A DNA stretch of 64,000 nucleotides, taken from positions 9,362,001-9,426,000 of the forward strand of contig NC_087436.1 of assembly GCF_036321535.1 (NCBI RefSeq). The letters are read 5' to 3'. Below are positions 24,990 to 38,317 of this stretch, piece by piece (the first letter of the stretch is position 1; each line of letters opens with the position of its first letter). Both the position numbers and the translations under genes were made by a program. A model generated the notes under the pieces. The model was not told where the DNA came from and made no database searches. It was given only the letters and a program-made list of their open reading frames with translations. The DNA is from Camelus dromedarius. Its lineage: Eukaryota.

Positions 24990-25944
24990 TCCCTCTGAAA
25001 AACAGAACCAGTAGACTTTATATATACAGATGGTCCCTGACATGGTATTTTGAAATTATGATGGTGTGAAATTGATACACGTTCAGTAGCGACTAGGCGC
25101 CACATACTGACTTTTGATCTTTGCCAAGGGGAACCATACATGCTGTAAGATGCTCTCCTGTGACCCTGGGCGGTGGGCATTGCTGCCCATCAGGAGAATA
25201 AACAGAGGATACACTTCCAAACCATTCTGGACCCAGACAAGCATTCTGTTTCCACTTCCAGTACACGATCCAATCAATGGCATGAGATACTCAACACTTT
25301 ATCATAAAGTAGGCTTTGTGTCAGGTGATATTACCCAACTGTAGGGCAATGCAAGTGTTCTGAGCACACTTAAGGTCGGCTAGGCTAAGCTGTGATGTTC
25401 AGTAGGTTAGGTGTGTTAAATGTATGTTCAACTTAGAAAGTTTTCAACCCATGATGGGTTTATAGGGACACGACCCCATAGTAAGTTGAGGGAGATCTGC
25501 ACGTATTTACTGTATATACAAGTAGATTTATTATAAGGAATTGGCTCCCGTGATTGTAGAGGGTGAGAAGTCCCAAGACCTGCAGTTGATAAACTGGAGA
25601 CTCAGGAGGGTCTGTGGTGCAGCCCCAGTCTGAGTCTGAAGGCCTGAGAACCTGGAGAACTGATGGTATGATTTCAAGTGCAAGTCACAATCTGAAGACG
25701 AGAGAAGCCCAAGGTGTCAGCTTGAAAAGAGCTTTCTTCCCCTGTCTTTCCTCCTATTCAGATGTTCTGTGAATGGAATAAGGCCCAGCCACACTGGGGA
25801 AGGCAATCTGCTTTACCCAGTCTCCCAATTCACATGTTAATCTCATCAAAACAACACCGTCACACGTGCACACAAAGTAATGTTTATCAGATATTTGCAC
25901 GTGCCAGGGTCCAACCAACATGACATGTAAAATTAGTCATCTCA
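24990..25944 (-). mobile_element. MLT2 LTR (3' LTR of the ERV-L provirus), split by Tigger3
   Basis: 'aaaacagaaccagtaga' | insert | 'gatttattataaggaattggctcccgtgattgtagagggtgagaagtcccaagacctgcag...aggcaatctgctttacccagtc...tgacatgtaaaattagtcatctca' is typical antisense MLT2. Confidence 0.88.
25027..25499 (-). mobile_element. Tigger3 (MER7-type) TcMar non-autonomous DNA transposon
   Basis: Inverted ends cagatggtcc.../...ggagatctg, left flank TA, right flank CA. The interior 'ctgagcacacttaaggtcggctaggctaagctgtgatgttcagtaggttaggtgtgttaaatg' matches Tigger3 as I recall it. Confidence 0.88.
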
Positions 25945-28824
25945 AGTCCATCCATCATCAACTTGGCATCTTACGTTTCTCCTTAAACCATAATGAATCT
26001 CCAAATAAAGATAATAACAAGGTCCTAAGTCTGCCTGACATAATACAACAATTCTGTAATGACTGAAGGCACAGTTAACCCCTCACCCTGAAGAGCGGGT
26101 ACAGCCTTTGGGTGAGGTCTATGCTTCTCCTCAAAATCCAGAACTTAAATATTATCATGTAAAATTAGCAATAGTTACACCCCATACTATAAAGTCAATA
26201 CATCTTATGTTACATAATAAGGGGACGAAGAGAAGAAAAAAAAATGTTTGCTGAATTTGCACATTCATAACAAAATACGAAGGAAATGCTCATGACAAAT
26301 ACGCTCCTCCTTTCTGTTACCTAGTCATGTGACTGTAACTGGTTTTTATAACACCTCCATCCACTGCTTGTTCTGTATTCCTTTCGCCTTTAGCAAGCAC
26401 TTCAGCTGATCATGGCTCTTTACCTGGTGCATGATCCAAATATTTACTCCTGAAGACACTGCAGCATTAGTAGCCCTGCCTAGACTGGGCTGTAGTTTTT
26501 GCTTTAACCTTAATCCCAGGACGTGGTAATAATAAAACCAGTCCTATGGGATCTCCTGTATTCCAGATACGAGCTTCCTTACTTCCATTGTGGAGGACAG
26601 TCCAATACCCCTTGACCGTCAGTATCAATCACTCCAACCAGCAAGTAACTGTCTTCTCTGCCTGCTGATTCAGAGTCACGAGAAGCCCAAAGAGGTGGCT
26701 AGCAGTCAACTCCTAGGTCAATGGAATCATCGTTGAGCTTCCTAGAGGAAATAGTTCTCCCTTTGAAACTAAGACCTCTAGGCAAGCAGAGCACAAGGTC
26801 GTGGGAACAGGAAGCAAATATTTTTCTAGGGGGTCACTAGGGATAACAGCGAGTGGTGCCACTCCCATCCCACGCCTTGACTTTGAACCCATGAATCCTA
26901 GCTCCGGAGGAACCAGCAACATATATTAGACACTGATTCAGATCACACAGAGCCTTCGGGAGAACCTTGCTCCAGCCCTGCGAGGCATTGCCACCTAGCT
27001 GGCATTGTACCTAAGTCTTCAAAACATCATTCCACTGTTCTGTCAAACTAGCTGCTTTGGGATGGTGAGGAACACGAAAAGATCACTGGGTTCCATGAGC
27101 AGGGACCCATTGCCACACTTCTTTTGCCTTGAAGGGAGCTCCTTGGTCAAAAGCAATGCCATGTGGAATATCATGATGGCAGAGAAGACATTCAATGTCT
27201 ACAGATGATAGTTTTGGCAGAAGCTTTGCACGCAGGGACCGTGAATCCATATCCAGAGTAGGTGTCTATTCCAATAAAAGAATGCTGCTCCTTTATGATG
27301 GAAGCAGCCCAGTGTGATCAACCAGTCACAGGCAGCTGGCTGCTCGCCCCTGGGGATGGTGCCACGTGGGGGCTTGGTTTTGGTCTCTGCAGCTGGCAGG
27401 GTGGGTACTCAACTGTGCCTGGAGCCGGGTCAGCCTGAGTGAGCGGAAGTCCATATGGCTGAGCCTGTCCGTCACCTCCATCCCTGCCATCATGGCCACT
27501 TTGTCCATGAGCCCTTTGGGTGATGACAGGGGTGGCTGGAGAAAGAGGCAGGCTGGTATCCACAGAATAGGTCATCTTATCCACTTAATTATTAAAAATA
27601 TCCCCCACTGAGGTCATCCTTGATGGGGCACTCACATGGAACACAAATATCTTCATGATTTTTGCTCAGAGAGAGTCATCCACAGAGTCCTCTTCCCCAA
27701 ATGTTCTGTCACCAACTCCCCAATCATGTTTCTTACAAGGCCCTGACCATTTAGCCAAACCATTGACTACAGTGCATAAATCAGTATAAAATACACATCT
27801 AGCTATTTCTCCTTTTACATAAAGTAAATAAGTAGGTGCTCTGCTCAAAGTTCCTCCCACTGGGAGGACTGCCCTTCACCACCGTCCTTCAGGGACGTCC
27901 CAGGAAGGGGCAGTGGTGCTGCAGCTGTCCGCTTTCAGGACGCACCTGCTCCCATCAGACCCACCTGTAAACCAGACCCCAGTCTTCTCTTCCTCTGTCC
28001 CCTGATCATAGGGAGCTCCCCACAGGGTCACAGGCTAGGCTGAGGGAGAGAAGGCAAGATGGCAGGAGGGGGACCATTTGGGCCACTTCTTCATGTCACT
28101 TGTGTGTGCCTTCAGGGCCTGCTCAGTCCTAATCATGTATAAACTGCTTCCACTGGTTGATGGAGTGCTGACCTGCACGCCCAACTTTATGGCTTGGTGG
28201 GTCAGTTAACACCCAATTCATGGTGGGAAGCTCAGGTTGAAGGTAACTCGATCCATGCTTAGTCTTCAGTCTCTCCTAAGGCCCAATAGCAAGCGAAGTT
28301 TATTTGTTTTTCTCTCCAGAGGAGAGTGGTTGTCTGTAAACGAAGGCAGGGCTTCACTCCAAAATCCTGAGACTGCACTGCAATTTACCTATAAGTGGCT
28401 GCCAATGGCTCCAAATAGTGCCCCCATGTGCCTTCAAGCACCGCTGGCTCTCCAAAATCATACAGCATCAAGGTTAAAGCTGGTTCACAGCAGCCGGGAC
28501 CTCCGGCAGCATCTACTCTTGCTGTTGGCTCACTCAAAACCAAGTGCTTTTTGGGTCACTTGGTAAATGGGCCAGAGTAACACATAAGTGAGGAATCTGT
28601 TATCTCTCAAATCCAGAGGCCCACTACACACTGCGCCTCTTTTCTGGTTATGAAAGGGGCCAGATGCAACAACTCGTCTTTCACCGTAGAAATGGTATCT
28701 CAGCATGTCCCACACCACTGGACCCTTAGAACCCTGGTTCTGATGCACAAATACATGAACAATAAGTCTACGGTGTTCCTACTCCTTGCTCTCTGGGTCC
28801 AACGATCATAACGTCATCAATGCA
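25945..28824 (-). pseudogene. pol: ERV-L internal region: partial RT, RNase H, integrase, dUTPase-like segment and 3' untranslated region; disrupted
   Basis: Minus-strand peptides: CIDDVMIVGP (RT YIDD; ~28795-28824), LLWPIYQVTQKALGFE, YTDLCTVVNGLAKWSGPCKKHDW (RNase H), PATPVITQRAHGQSGHDGRDG...PPCQLQRP (integrase HHCC region) and VAPLAVIPSDPLEKYLLPVPTTLCSACLEVLV, collinear with HERV-L/MuERV-L pol. Confidence 0.93.
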
Positions 28825-28845
28825 AAATATCACTGTCATGCTTTA

Positions 28846-29170
28846 CGCCCAGGAGAGCCCACGGTGTGGTAAGTCCTGAGAAAAAGAAAAACCCATGTTG
28901 TAAGTTCTGGTCCAAGTCCAAGAGGAGGAGAGACCAATGTCCCTGTTCAAGGACAGTCACGTGGAGGAGAGCAAGTTCTCCTCGCTCCACTCTTTCTTCT
29001 ATTTGGGCCACCAAGAAATGGATGAGCAATCCCCCCAAAGCGGGGAGGTCCATCTGCTTTACTCAGTCAACTGAGTCACGTGTTAATCTTGTCCCAAAAC
29101 AGCCTCGGTGACACAGCCAGAAGAATGTCTAACCAAATAAGTGGACATTCATGTGAAGTTAACCATCACA
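28846..29170 (-). mobile_element. Partial MLT2 LTR (putative 5' LTR)
   Basis: The minus strand starts tgtgatggttaa. 'atctgctttactcagtcaactgagtcacgtgttaatctt' aligns to 'atctgctttacccagtctcccaattcacatgttaatctc' in the other LTR. Confidence 0.85.
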
Positions 29171-30951
29171 GTAGGCATGTTCTTATTTCCTTGAAAATTT
29201 CTATCAATCACTCAGATTTCTTCTTTGCATACATAGTACACAACCTAATTCATATATGGCACAGTGAGACAAGCAATCTAGGCTAAACAAAGGCCAACAC
29301 CCTTTCTGAAAAAGGCTTAATGTTTTGGGCTTTTTTGTTTTTAGATCTAAGAGATTAAGTTTAAATTTAACATAAAAGTAATGCTAGTATAAAATTATGT
29401 GACCTAGCTACGAAAAGCACAATGCCAATTGTAAGAATGAAAAATTTCTTTCTCAAGGCTAGTGTGGATTTTGTTGTAATTTTTTCTCCATCCTAAATGA
29501 TTAGTACTGTAATAGATCAAAAGGAATCTTCCTGTGTTTATTTTTTGTTTCAAGATTTTAGCAACCGTGATGTGTACTCAGTACAATAAGGCTTGATGTT
29601 GTTAATCCTAATTTCTCAGGGAATTTAAAACATTATGGATAAGTTTCAATAACAAATATTAGTTACCTTTGTAAGGAAATGTATATTAAATTCTTCTTCA
29701 AATATTAATAGGTTATTTCCTTATAAAGAAACATAAGTGTTCTATTTCACAAATAAATCCTTTATCCATATTGCTAATTAATGAATCAAAATTTATTGAA
29801 AATAGCTTTACCTTGGTAAGTCTTTAGATTGATATCTAAGCCTTTGCTTCTATTATGTTTCAAAATAAGACAGGCCTTTAGGTGGTAACATATTTATACA
29901 CATAATGGCGAATTTGAATTTAACAAAGAAAATGTGTACTTTATCATAAAGAATTTATTGTCCACCAAATAATATCTTAAACATATCTTTTGGAATTTTT
30001 GGAATTTTATTTTCTCATAGTGTCTGTCTATCTATCTACCTATCAGTATATCTGTGCCCTTTTTATTTGTGCTTTCATTGGCAACTGAAGTGAGAACTTC
30101 TTTCTAATTCGGTGTAAATCAGACTCTCTTGGCTCAAGTCCACAGACTGCAGACCTACGATCATGACTCGGTCATGCTTCTCAACCAAGGCTGTTGGTGT
30201 CCGTGTAGATTTATACTGAGGTCTCCAAGGGAACTACTAAATTTTCCAGAACATACAGTGTCCTAATAGTGCGAGAGCCAGGGAAGATTAGAAATATGGC
30301 ATCAGAGTTTTTACAGACGGTGTGCCCTTTACGGGAAGCTGTATCCATGAAAGACTCGAAGTTTTTAAGCTTCAAGTCACACCCATAGCTTCAGTGACCA
30401 TAATGACTACAGAATCTACTATGTTAAATTTAAATTAAGTAAGAGGTAGAGTTTTAAAGTTTGGAGTCTCTAACTTTTTAAATGGGGGGGATTCTTTCCT
30501 AATTACCACTGCCTTTCCAAAGAGTAACTCACAGTTACTAGTGGGTTCTATGAAAAGTGTGCTGGGTTTAATCGCTTACTTCTGTTTTACTCAAATTTCT
30601 TTTCTACTTCCCTTTCCATTCATTCTTCCTCCTATTTCCCCAAAGCATGTCAGATAAAGCAATTGCAATTAGAAATGATGGGATTAAAACAGAGTATTTT
30701 GGTTTTACTTTCTAACACTGACAGCGCTCAGCCAAGAAAAGATTGGTCAAAGTAAGACATTTTATATCACTTTGGTGGCTGCCAGTTAAACTCAAAGATT
30801 ACAGTTGCTACTGATAACTCAAAAGGCCTCGTGTATTTAATATCTAACAAAAGCCACATGCTTGGCATGTGTTAGATGGTCACTGATGAATAGAGTTTAT
30901 AGATTTGTAAACAATTTGTATATGGAGAAAGAGGGAGAAAGAAATGTCTAA

Positions 30952-31033
30952 CTGAAACTTATAACTGTGTGCTTATACTGTACACCAGAAACTGACACAT
31001 TGTAACTGACTATACTTCAATTAAAAAAAAAAA
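30952..31033 (+). mobile_element. Ultra-short L1 3' tail with poly(A)
   Basis: 'tgtacaccagaaactgacacattgtaactgactatacttcaatt' plus an A-run. TSD aaagaaatgtctaa (30938-30951) / aaataaatgtctaa (31034-31047). Confidence 0.9.
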
Positions 31034-31711
31034 AAATAAATGTCTAAGATGGATACAAAACTGCTTAAACATTGGGAAAGGATGCTATTACTCTGAGGGA
31101 AAATTGAGTATAAATCTTATATAGTGATGAATAATTTGATTAAGTTTGTTTTAATAAGTGAAAGAATCATTAAAAATCATTCAGGAATCCATGATGAAAT
31201 AATAAGAAAGATTAAGATATAAATTTTACTCTCAAAAGTACACAGTAAAGAGTTAATTGATTCTTTTTCAAGAATATTGCATGTGATGCTAGACTTTCTC
31301 AATTTTCTTCTAAAGTCTAAAATATAGATCAGAGTGTTTAGCAGCCCACGGTGAGGCTGTTTTTTCCTTGCTTTTGATGTTCTGATATCTTTTCATGTGG
31401 TACTAGGAGAGAGTGTAGGCAAAAGATAATATGAATTTAAAATGGTTTTAAACATTATTGATCTCTGGGTGAATTGCTTTATCTCAAATTAAATGTCTTA
31501 TTTTCAAAAATCTTTTTTTTTTCTTCTCTGTAAAATATTAGTCTGATCTTCCCTTTCCTGGAATCTGTTCTGAATTTAATTTGAATGCAAATCAGTCAGT
31601 TTTCTAAGTTCCTAAGGCAAATTTAAGTCTTGGGGCTCAACTGTCCTTCTTCCTTGTCTTCATTTATCTTCTTTTCCTTGATTTGAATTATCCTCTGCTT
31701 AATTCCTAACT

Positions 31712-32394
31712 TTTTGTTTGTTTTTATTTTTATTTTTTTTCAACTGAAGTATAGTTGATTTACAATGTTGTGTTAGTTTCTGGTGTACAGCATAGTGATT
31801 CAGTTACACACACACATATTCTTTTTTAGACTCTTTTCCTTTATAGGTTATTACAAGATATTAAATACAGTTCCCTGTGCTATACAGTAGGTCCTTTTTG
31901 TTTATCTATTTTATATACAGTAGTGTGTATCTGTTAACCCCAAACTCCTAATTTATCCCTCCCTGCTCTTTTCCCCTTTGGTAACCATTAGTTTGTTTTG
32001 TATGTCTGTGAGTCTGATTCTGTTTGGTAAATAAGTTCATTTGTATTTTTTTAGATTTCACATATAAGTGAATCATATGATATTTGTCTTTCTCTGACTT
32101 ACTTCATTTAGTATGATCATCTCTGTGTCCATCCATGTTGCTGCAAATGGCATTATTTCATTCTTTTTTATGGCTGAGTAATATTCCATTATATATATAT
32201 ATGTCATGTTTCCTTTATCCAGTCATCTTTTGATGGACATTTAGGCTGTTTCCATGTCTTGGCTATTGTAAATAGTGCTGCTGTGAACACTGGGGTGCAT
32301 GTATCTTTTCAAATTAGAGTTTTCTTCAGGATACATGCCCAGGAGTGGGACTGCTGGATCATATGGTAAGTCTATTTTTAGTTTTCTTAAGATG
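31712..32394 (-). mobile_element. 5'-truncated L1 (ORF2 C-terminus plus 3'UTR) inserted into an L2
   Basis: Peptide LRKLKIDLPYDPAVPLLGMYP; 3'UTR 'gtatagttgatttacaatgttgtgttagtttctggtgtacagc'; TSD core attcctaact at 31702-31711 and 32395-32404. Confidence 0.93.
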
Positions 32395-32564
32395 ATTCCT
32401 AACTCTTTATGTTGACACCTGATCCTGCTCTTTCTACCTTCTACTCTCCCAAATACCTTCTGGATATCTGCACAAGGATGCCCCACAGCTCTCAACCTCA
32501 TCATTAGCTAAATCAGACTTCTCATGTGGGATGTAGAACTTGCTCCATTCCACTGACTATTTTT

Positions 32565-32830
32565 GCATGAGCTAAACCTGTTCTTTCCAATTTTAAATGG
32601 TTGAGAGCAGGATTAAAAGAAAAATAGTATTTCATAGCCCTTTCAAGACAATTATATAAAATTCATATATTAGTGGTCATACATAAGAGTCTTACTGGAA
32701 AGTGTATAGGCTGATGTGAGTAAATATTGCCTTTGGCCAATCTAGGGCTAGTAAGATAAAGACCTTATATCCAGCAAAGCCTAAATATTTGCTATCTGGT
32801 CTTTTACAAAAGATAATGGTGACCCCGGTG
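32565..32830 (+). mobile_element. MER58-like hAT-Charlie MITE within L2 sequence
   Basis: 'gcatgagctaa...ttttaaatggttg...agaaaaatagtatttcat...gcaaagcctaaatatttgctatctggtcttttacaaaag...gacccc'. Confidence 0.65.
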
Positions 32831-32970
32831 TAGAATATAAGGTTCATAAGGGCAAGAATTTCTCTGCATTTTTCATTGCTGTATTTCCCACATAATAGAG
32901 GACAAAAGAATCCACTGGACAGAGGGCATTGTACTTGTCTGCTCTCAAGAATATTGGTTCAATGAAAAAA
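32831..32970 (+). mobile_element. L2 3' end
   Basis: 'tagaatataaggttcataagggcaagaattt...ttcattgctgtatttccca...ctcaagaatattggttcaatgaa'. Confidence 0.7.
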
Positions 32971-34284
32971 GATAGGTACAATGAATCTTATTTACATCTA
33001 ATTCATCTATTTTATATCATTAATAATCTAATCTACTATTCTCTAACCTATTAGTAAGTCTCCTTTTTAAACTTCGGTTCTTGCATGAGTCCTGTTAGTT
33101 CTCTCTCTGCAATCTGTTTGAGTTTTCCCTTCAACTGTCCATTTCCACGCCCCTGCTTTAGTCAGACCTGTAGAGCATCACACCTGTAATGTCATCACTA
33201 AACACCACTGCGTCACGTGCTGCCACCAGCAAGCCTTCCCTCATCCTGCTGCTCCATTTTGGTGATTACTATGCACTGTGCTGCACTCAGAAAACACAAT
33301 ACAGAAGAGAAAAGGAATCAGTAGCAATTGAATGGGAAGTAAGGAGATGGAGACAGAGATCTGCTATTCCTGGAAACCCACTGAGCACTGGCCCTTTTCT
33401 CTCTTCCTCACAAAGATGCTACACAGCAAATACTCTGAGATGTAACTTCAGATTGAACAAAACAAAACAAAAAAGAACGGTTGATCAGAAAAATTACTGC
33501 TTGCTAACTATTGCATGCCATGTGAATAAATGTGTTCACAATTCATAGCTAATTTGTACTCACTCCAAAGCCTTTATTTTTTTACTTTGGAAACAGACAG
33601 AGCCTAATAGGAACATACCACTGATGTGTGAACTACACCAATTACTGGAAGAACCCCCGACAGTGAGGGGCAGGGCAATTACCGCCAGGTGTCACAAAGT
33701 CAGCAGCAAACATCCAGAGGGACAGCGAGATGCGACTTCTTGGAGGGAGGGACTGCGATGTGTTTTGCTCACTCTGATGACATTCAAATCAAAGGTCAGA
33801 GCCACTGCCAGCAAAGGGCATCACCATATACTGAAGGACACATGAGAGAAAGAAAAACACAATTACACAGACACAGGAGAGCCTGAGAGACACTAAACCT
33901 GTGAGGAATATATTAGTTACTACTCATAACCACAAACAAACAAGAATGCTAAATTAAGCAGCAAATGGATACTTTTTGATAATCATAACGATTCCTTCCC
34001 TGATTTTTTTCGGTTCCCACTTATGTCATATGTTGCACAAATTTTAATGAATACGACTAGTGGCTATTAAATTATAATTTATTTGCTCATTTGGCCAACT
34101 TTCTTAATGTCTTTGTACACCTTTCAACATATATAAAATGCTGGTGTTTAAATAACTGTTCTCTAAGGCAGATCCTGGTACTTCATTCAGTGATTTTGTG
34201 GGTTTTGAAATATTGATGTTAAAGACTGTTTTTGTATGGTAAAGAAAACAATTGTTATGGACGTGGTAACCTTCCAATTCTGCA

Positions 34285-34308
34285 TGTGTGTGTGTGTGTG
34301 TGTGTGTG
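34285..34308 (+). repeat. (TG)12 microsatellite
   Basis: Read directly. Confidence 0.96.
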
Positions 34309-34994
34309 TATTTGTGAAAATATGTGATATATGTGGGTGTGTATCCTTAACATACAATTTATTTTATCAGTTATATACACAATAATATCATGGGATCAGT
34401 AAACATAATTATTTTATCAGGCTCATTCCTACTCAGTTTTTCTTCTCAAATAAATGATCTAATGCTATCAATAAACAGTGTTATAGGTTAATTTGGCCTT
34501 GATTGCAATTTGGTAGATTGCAGTTTTACATTAGAAAATTTAATAAATACATGAAATAAAGTTATTTTACTTCTATAACATGAGCAACTTTCTTTCTCCT
34601 AAATGTTTTCATTTGTGTCCCCAAACTAAGTAATAATAGAAAGGAATACAACACACAATTTTCCCCTTATTATCTTGGAAGATAAGCATTTGACTAAAAT
34701 ATAAAATATCTTGTCTAGTTTTTTGCCATTAGAGAATTATTTGTCTAAGTTGAACTCTAGTTTGACTTTTGGAGGTTGGAAAGTGATAAAGTCTTTGTGA
34801 GATAGTTTTTGGGATAAACTCTGAAATTGATATACAAACTGTTCCTGCACATAGAGGAACAAGCAATTTTGAAGTCAGTTCTAGGTGTATCTTATATGAC
34901 TTGACCAGAGAAGATGTAGAGAGTAAACTGTCAACAATTGTCAATTAACACATAAAATTGTGCATAATACTTTAATTAATGTACAAAATAATGT

Positions 34995-35315
34995 CATAAA
35001 TACTGTATAATCTCATTTACATGTGAAATCTGAAGAAGTTGAACTCATTAAATCAGAGAATAAGTAGAATGGTGGCCTCTGGGGGTTGGAGGGGAGAGTA
35101 ATGGGGACACGTTGGTCAAAGAGGACAAACTTTCAGTTGTAAGATGAATAAGATCTATGTGAGGTGATGGATGTGTTAATTAGCATGATTATGGTAATCA
35201 TTTGACAATGTATTTGCATATTAAATCATCATATTGTATAACTAAAAATCACATTTTACACTTAAATACATACAATTTTGTCAATTACACCTTAATAAAG
35301 TGGGGAGAAATAAAG
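34995..35315 (+). mobile_element. L1MA/MB-type 3'UTR
   Basis: 'aaatactgtataatctcatttacatgtgaaatct...gttggtcaaagaggacaaactttcagttgtaagatgaataag...tgtgaggtgatggatgtgttaattagc...caccttaataaag'. Confidence 0.85.
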
Positions 35316-38300
35316 ATAAAACAGATTAATGCCCTCCCGAAATAACTATTTTTAAACTAACCTCTATAGTCACTGAAAAACATATTAAGAATGATAAGTA
35401 AACGGATGAATTATCTTTATCCTCATGTCACAACTTTTTCCCCCTCACCTCTTAACCCATAAGAGGTGAATATTTTCACATGAGGCTGTAATGATGTTTG
35501 TCCGATTTTCACCCCTCGGAAGTAAATGTTTTCAAATGAACAAATTCATGGCGTGTTTCACTAAGACTGTTTACTTTGTTAAATATTCTACTTTTTGTGT
35601 CTGTGCTAAAGCTTTGCAGTCTAGTTTGAGGCAGATTTATAATTAAAAAAAAAACAAGAATTCAGTGTTTGAGGTGCTACAGTAAATCCAGTGTCATGAA
35701 AACACACTGATGTACAGCAGAGTCAATGAAAAGTCGTGGTTTGTGTATGTGTGTGTTTTAAGTTTCTAAGGTATCCTGAATTTATAGTGCTGTGGTAAGC
35801 TGGCCAGTTCAGACCAGCAGTCTCACCTGGAAGGCTGCCTGAGCAGGAGGTAGATGTTAGGATAACATAAGTTTTTCATTCTACAAACAATGGACTTCTT
35901 TACAAATTCTAATCCTTCTCACCCTCACACACTCCAGGGATGTGCAACTTGACAAAATAGTCCTTTGTGTTTTTAATAAGGTGGCCCCTGGCTGAGCACC
36001 ATTATCTTGTACTTCAAATAAAGCAGGAAAATGTCTTGGACTTGAAAGAGAAAATTATTTGCTATTGAAGCTCTAAGGCATAAAGCTAATAGTATCCATT
36101 TGTCTTTCCATGTAATATACCATGTGCTCAAAATTCTGCCCTGGCTTCACATTGTTCTGTCTTAAGTTGCACTTACCTAGAAGGGAAACATTCATTATTT
36201 TCCCACCTCCTTACTCAGGTCACTTTAGCTGGATTCACTTGACATTTCTCTGACACGTGTATACCTCCTGTTCAAATTTTGCTTATTTACCTAGTATACT
36301 AGCAGGTTTAAGAAAAGATAAATGAACACTCAAAGGTGAGATTCAATTGATGGTGGTAAGGTAGTAACTTGAGCCCTCCAGGCTGCGGAGGAGCAGTATT
36401 ACAAGTGCAAAAAGGCTGGTGGATGAAAAAATACAGACATTACATAGGAGTCTGCAGAATGACACTGCACCCCCGTGCACACCACCCGCTGTCCACACTC
36501 AGAAAGAAAATGGACTTCAGTCCCACAGTTACCTGGGTTTTCTTGGGGGTCAACAGAGACAGCTCTCAGGGCTTTGTAAACTCCTCAGCTTACGTAGGTA
36601 TATACCATCAATGATATAGTGATATTATTTTTCCCATCAAAGGAAAAAAAAAACATTATCACTCTCTTTTTCTACCCACAGACAAGAATTTCAGCTCCTC
36701 ATCATAAACTCACTATTCCTACTTTAAAAAGGAGGACTGAGATACCTATTGTGTGTGCACGGAGTATTTGCAAGGAGTGAGGTGTGCACACCCATGCATT
36801 AGAACCTGATTTCACCAGTTAAGATGCAGACAACATTGTACAGAGTGTAACACAAACTTTCCCCCCAAGTGCTCATTTATCAGTTAGATGTGACCTGAGA
36901 GAAAGCAGTCCTTAGAACCTGTAGGAAAGACAAACAGGTCCTCAATTATTGGGCCCCTGGTAAACATTCTGCTAATTAGTGGTAGTTTCATAAGATGTTT
37001 ATTAGATTACATGAAACACATTCAAGTAATGTGGTTACTTAAAAGATCTCCGCCTTCAGAACAAGAGAAATATATTAGATCATATTGCTAAGCAATTTTT
37101 CTTGCTGACAAGGGCAATTTTTCAGCAACAACACTACATATAGAACAGCAACACAGTGGGAGGATGGAGCAGATGGTAAAATTCAGTCAGACATAAATCT
37201 CTTCCACTTTATCTCCTTTGCAATAGAGAGAAGACAAGAAGAAAAACGAATAGCTCAGGGAGCAAACATGAATGATGAGCGTCGCAAGGAAATTTAACAC
37301 CCTGATACTGAAATCATATACCTGCTGCAGGACTGACATCTGGGAAAATAAATGGTGTTTAATAAGATTATGATAATTAAATGTCAGACATTTTTTTCCA
37401 AATGTGTAACAAGGACAGAAATGAAATGGTATTACCCATTTTGATAACCTCAGACATGCAATTATTCAAGTTTCTGTCTGCCTATTCACTCGTGTAATTT
37501 AGAGATTAAAAATATTTTCATTCATTGTATCAATTAAAATTTGTTGTTTACTTAAAACTTGACTCAAAATTAAATTTTTCACAAATCCTAATACCATACC
37601 TCCGAGCTCACTCTAATTCTTAGCCTTTTTAACCTGTATCTGTTCACGTGACATCACAGGATCAAGGGTCCCAAATAAAACTCCTCTTTCCATTTGAACC
37701 CTTGTTCTAATGTTCTGATCCACACTGATTTTTCTCTTATGTAAACTCTTATTAAATATATACTCGCTAATCATACAGCTGAGCACCAATTAATTCCAAT
37801 TGCATTTGAATGTAGCTTTTACTCTCCAAAAATAGTTAACTCCCCATTCTGTTGGAGACAGGTAGCCATTTCTAACATTTTGTCTTTTATTTACTAGTCT
37901 CCCAATTTCTAAAACAAGGCAAATTGCAGGACAAGATTGTTTTTGTTTTAGAAATAAGTTCATTTCAGTTGTTAAAACCATACTTGCATATTTTGGGGGG
38001 AAAAAATCTCAGTAGAGAACTTTACAAAAAGGAAGTGACAAAAATCACCTTAAACCCACTACCCAAACTAATGTTAATATTAATATTTCAGCAAAATCCT
38101 TTCTGGTCCTATTGTCCTCTCCCCTCTCTCTATGTATCTCTGTATCTCTATATTTTTCCATAAACAGGATGAAATATGTTTATCCAATAATTCATATTGA
38201 ATGAATTAGTCATATTTACTTAATTAGTCTGGTATTGGCTATATATATTACATTTATATATCTATATAACTTTCTCTCTTTTTCACACCACCAATGTAAT

Positions 38301-38317
38301 CAAATTTTTTTTTCTCC

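Noticed and set aside
26713..28824. Domesticated or intact retroviral gene
   Set aside because: pol is broken across frames with stops, and key residues are altered (YIDD to CIDD; one HHCC cysteine lost).
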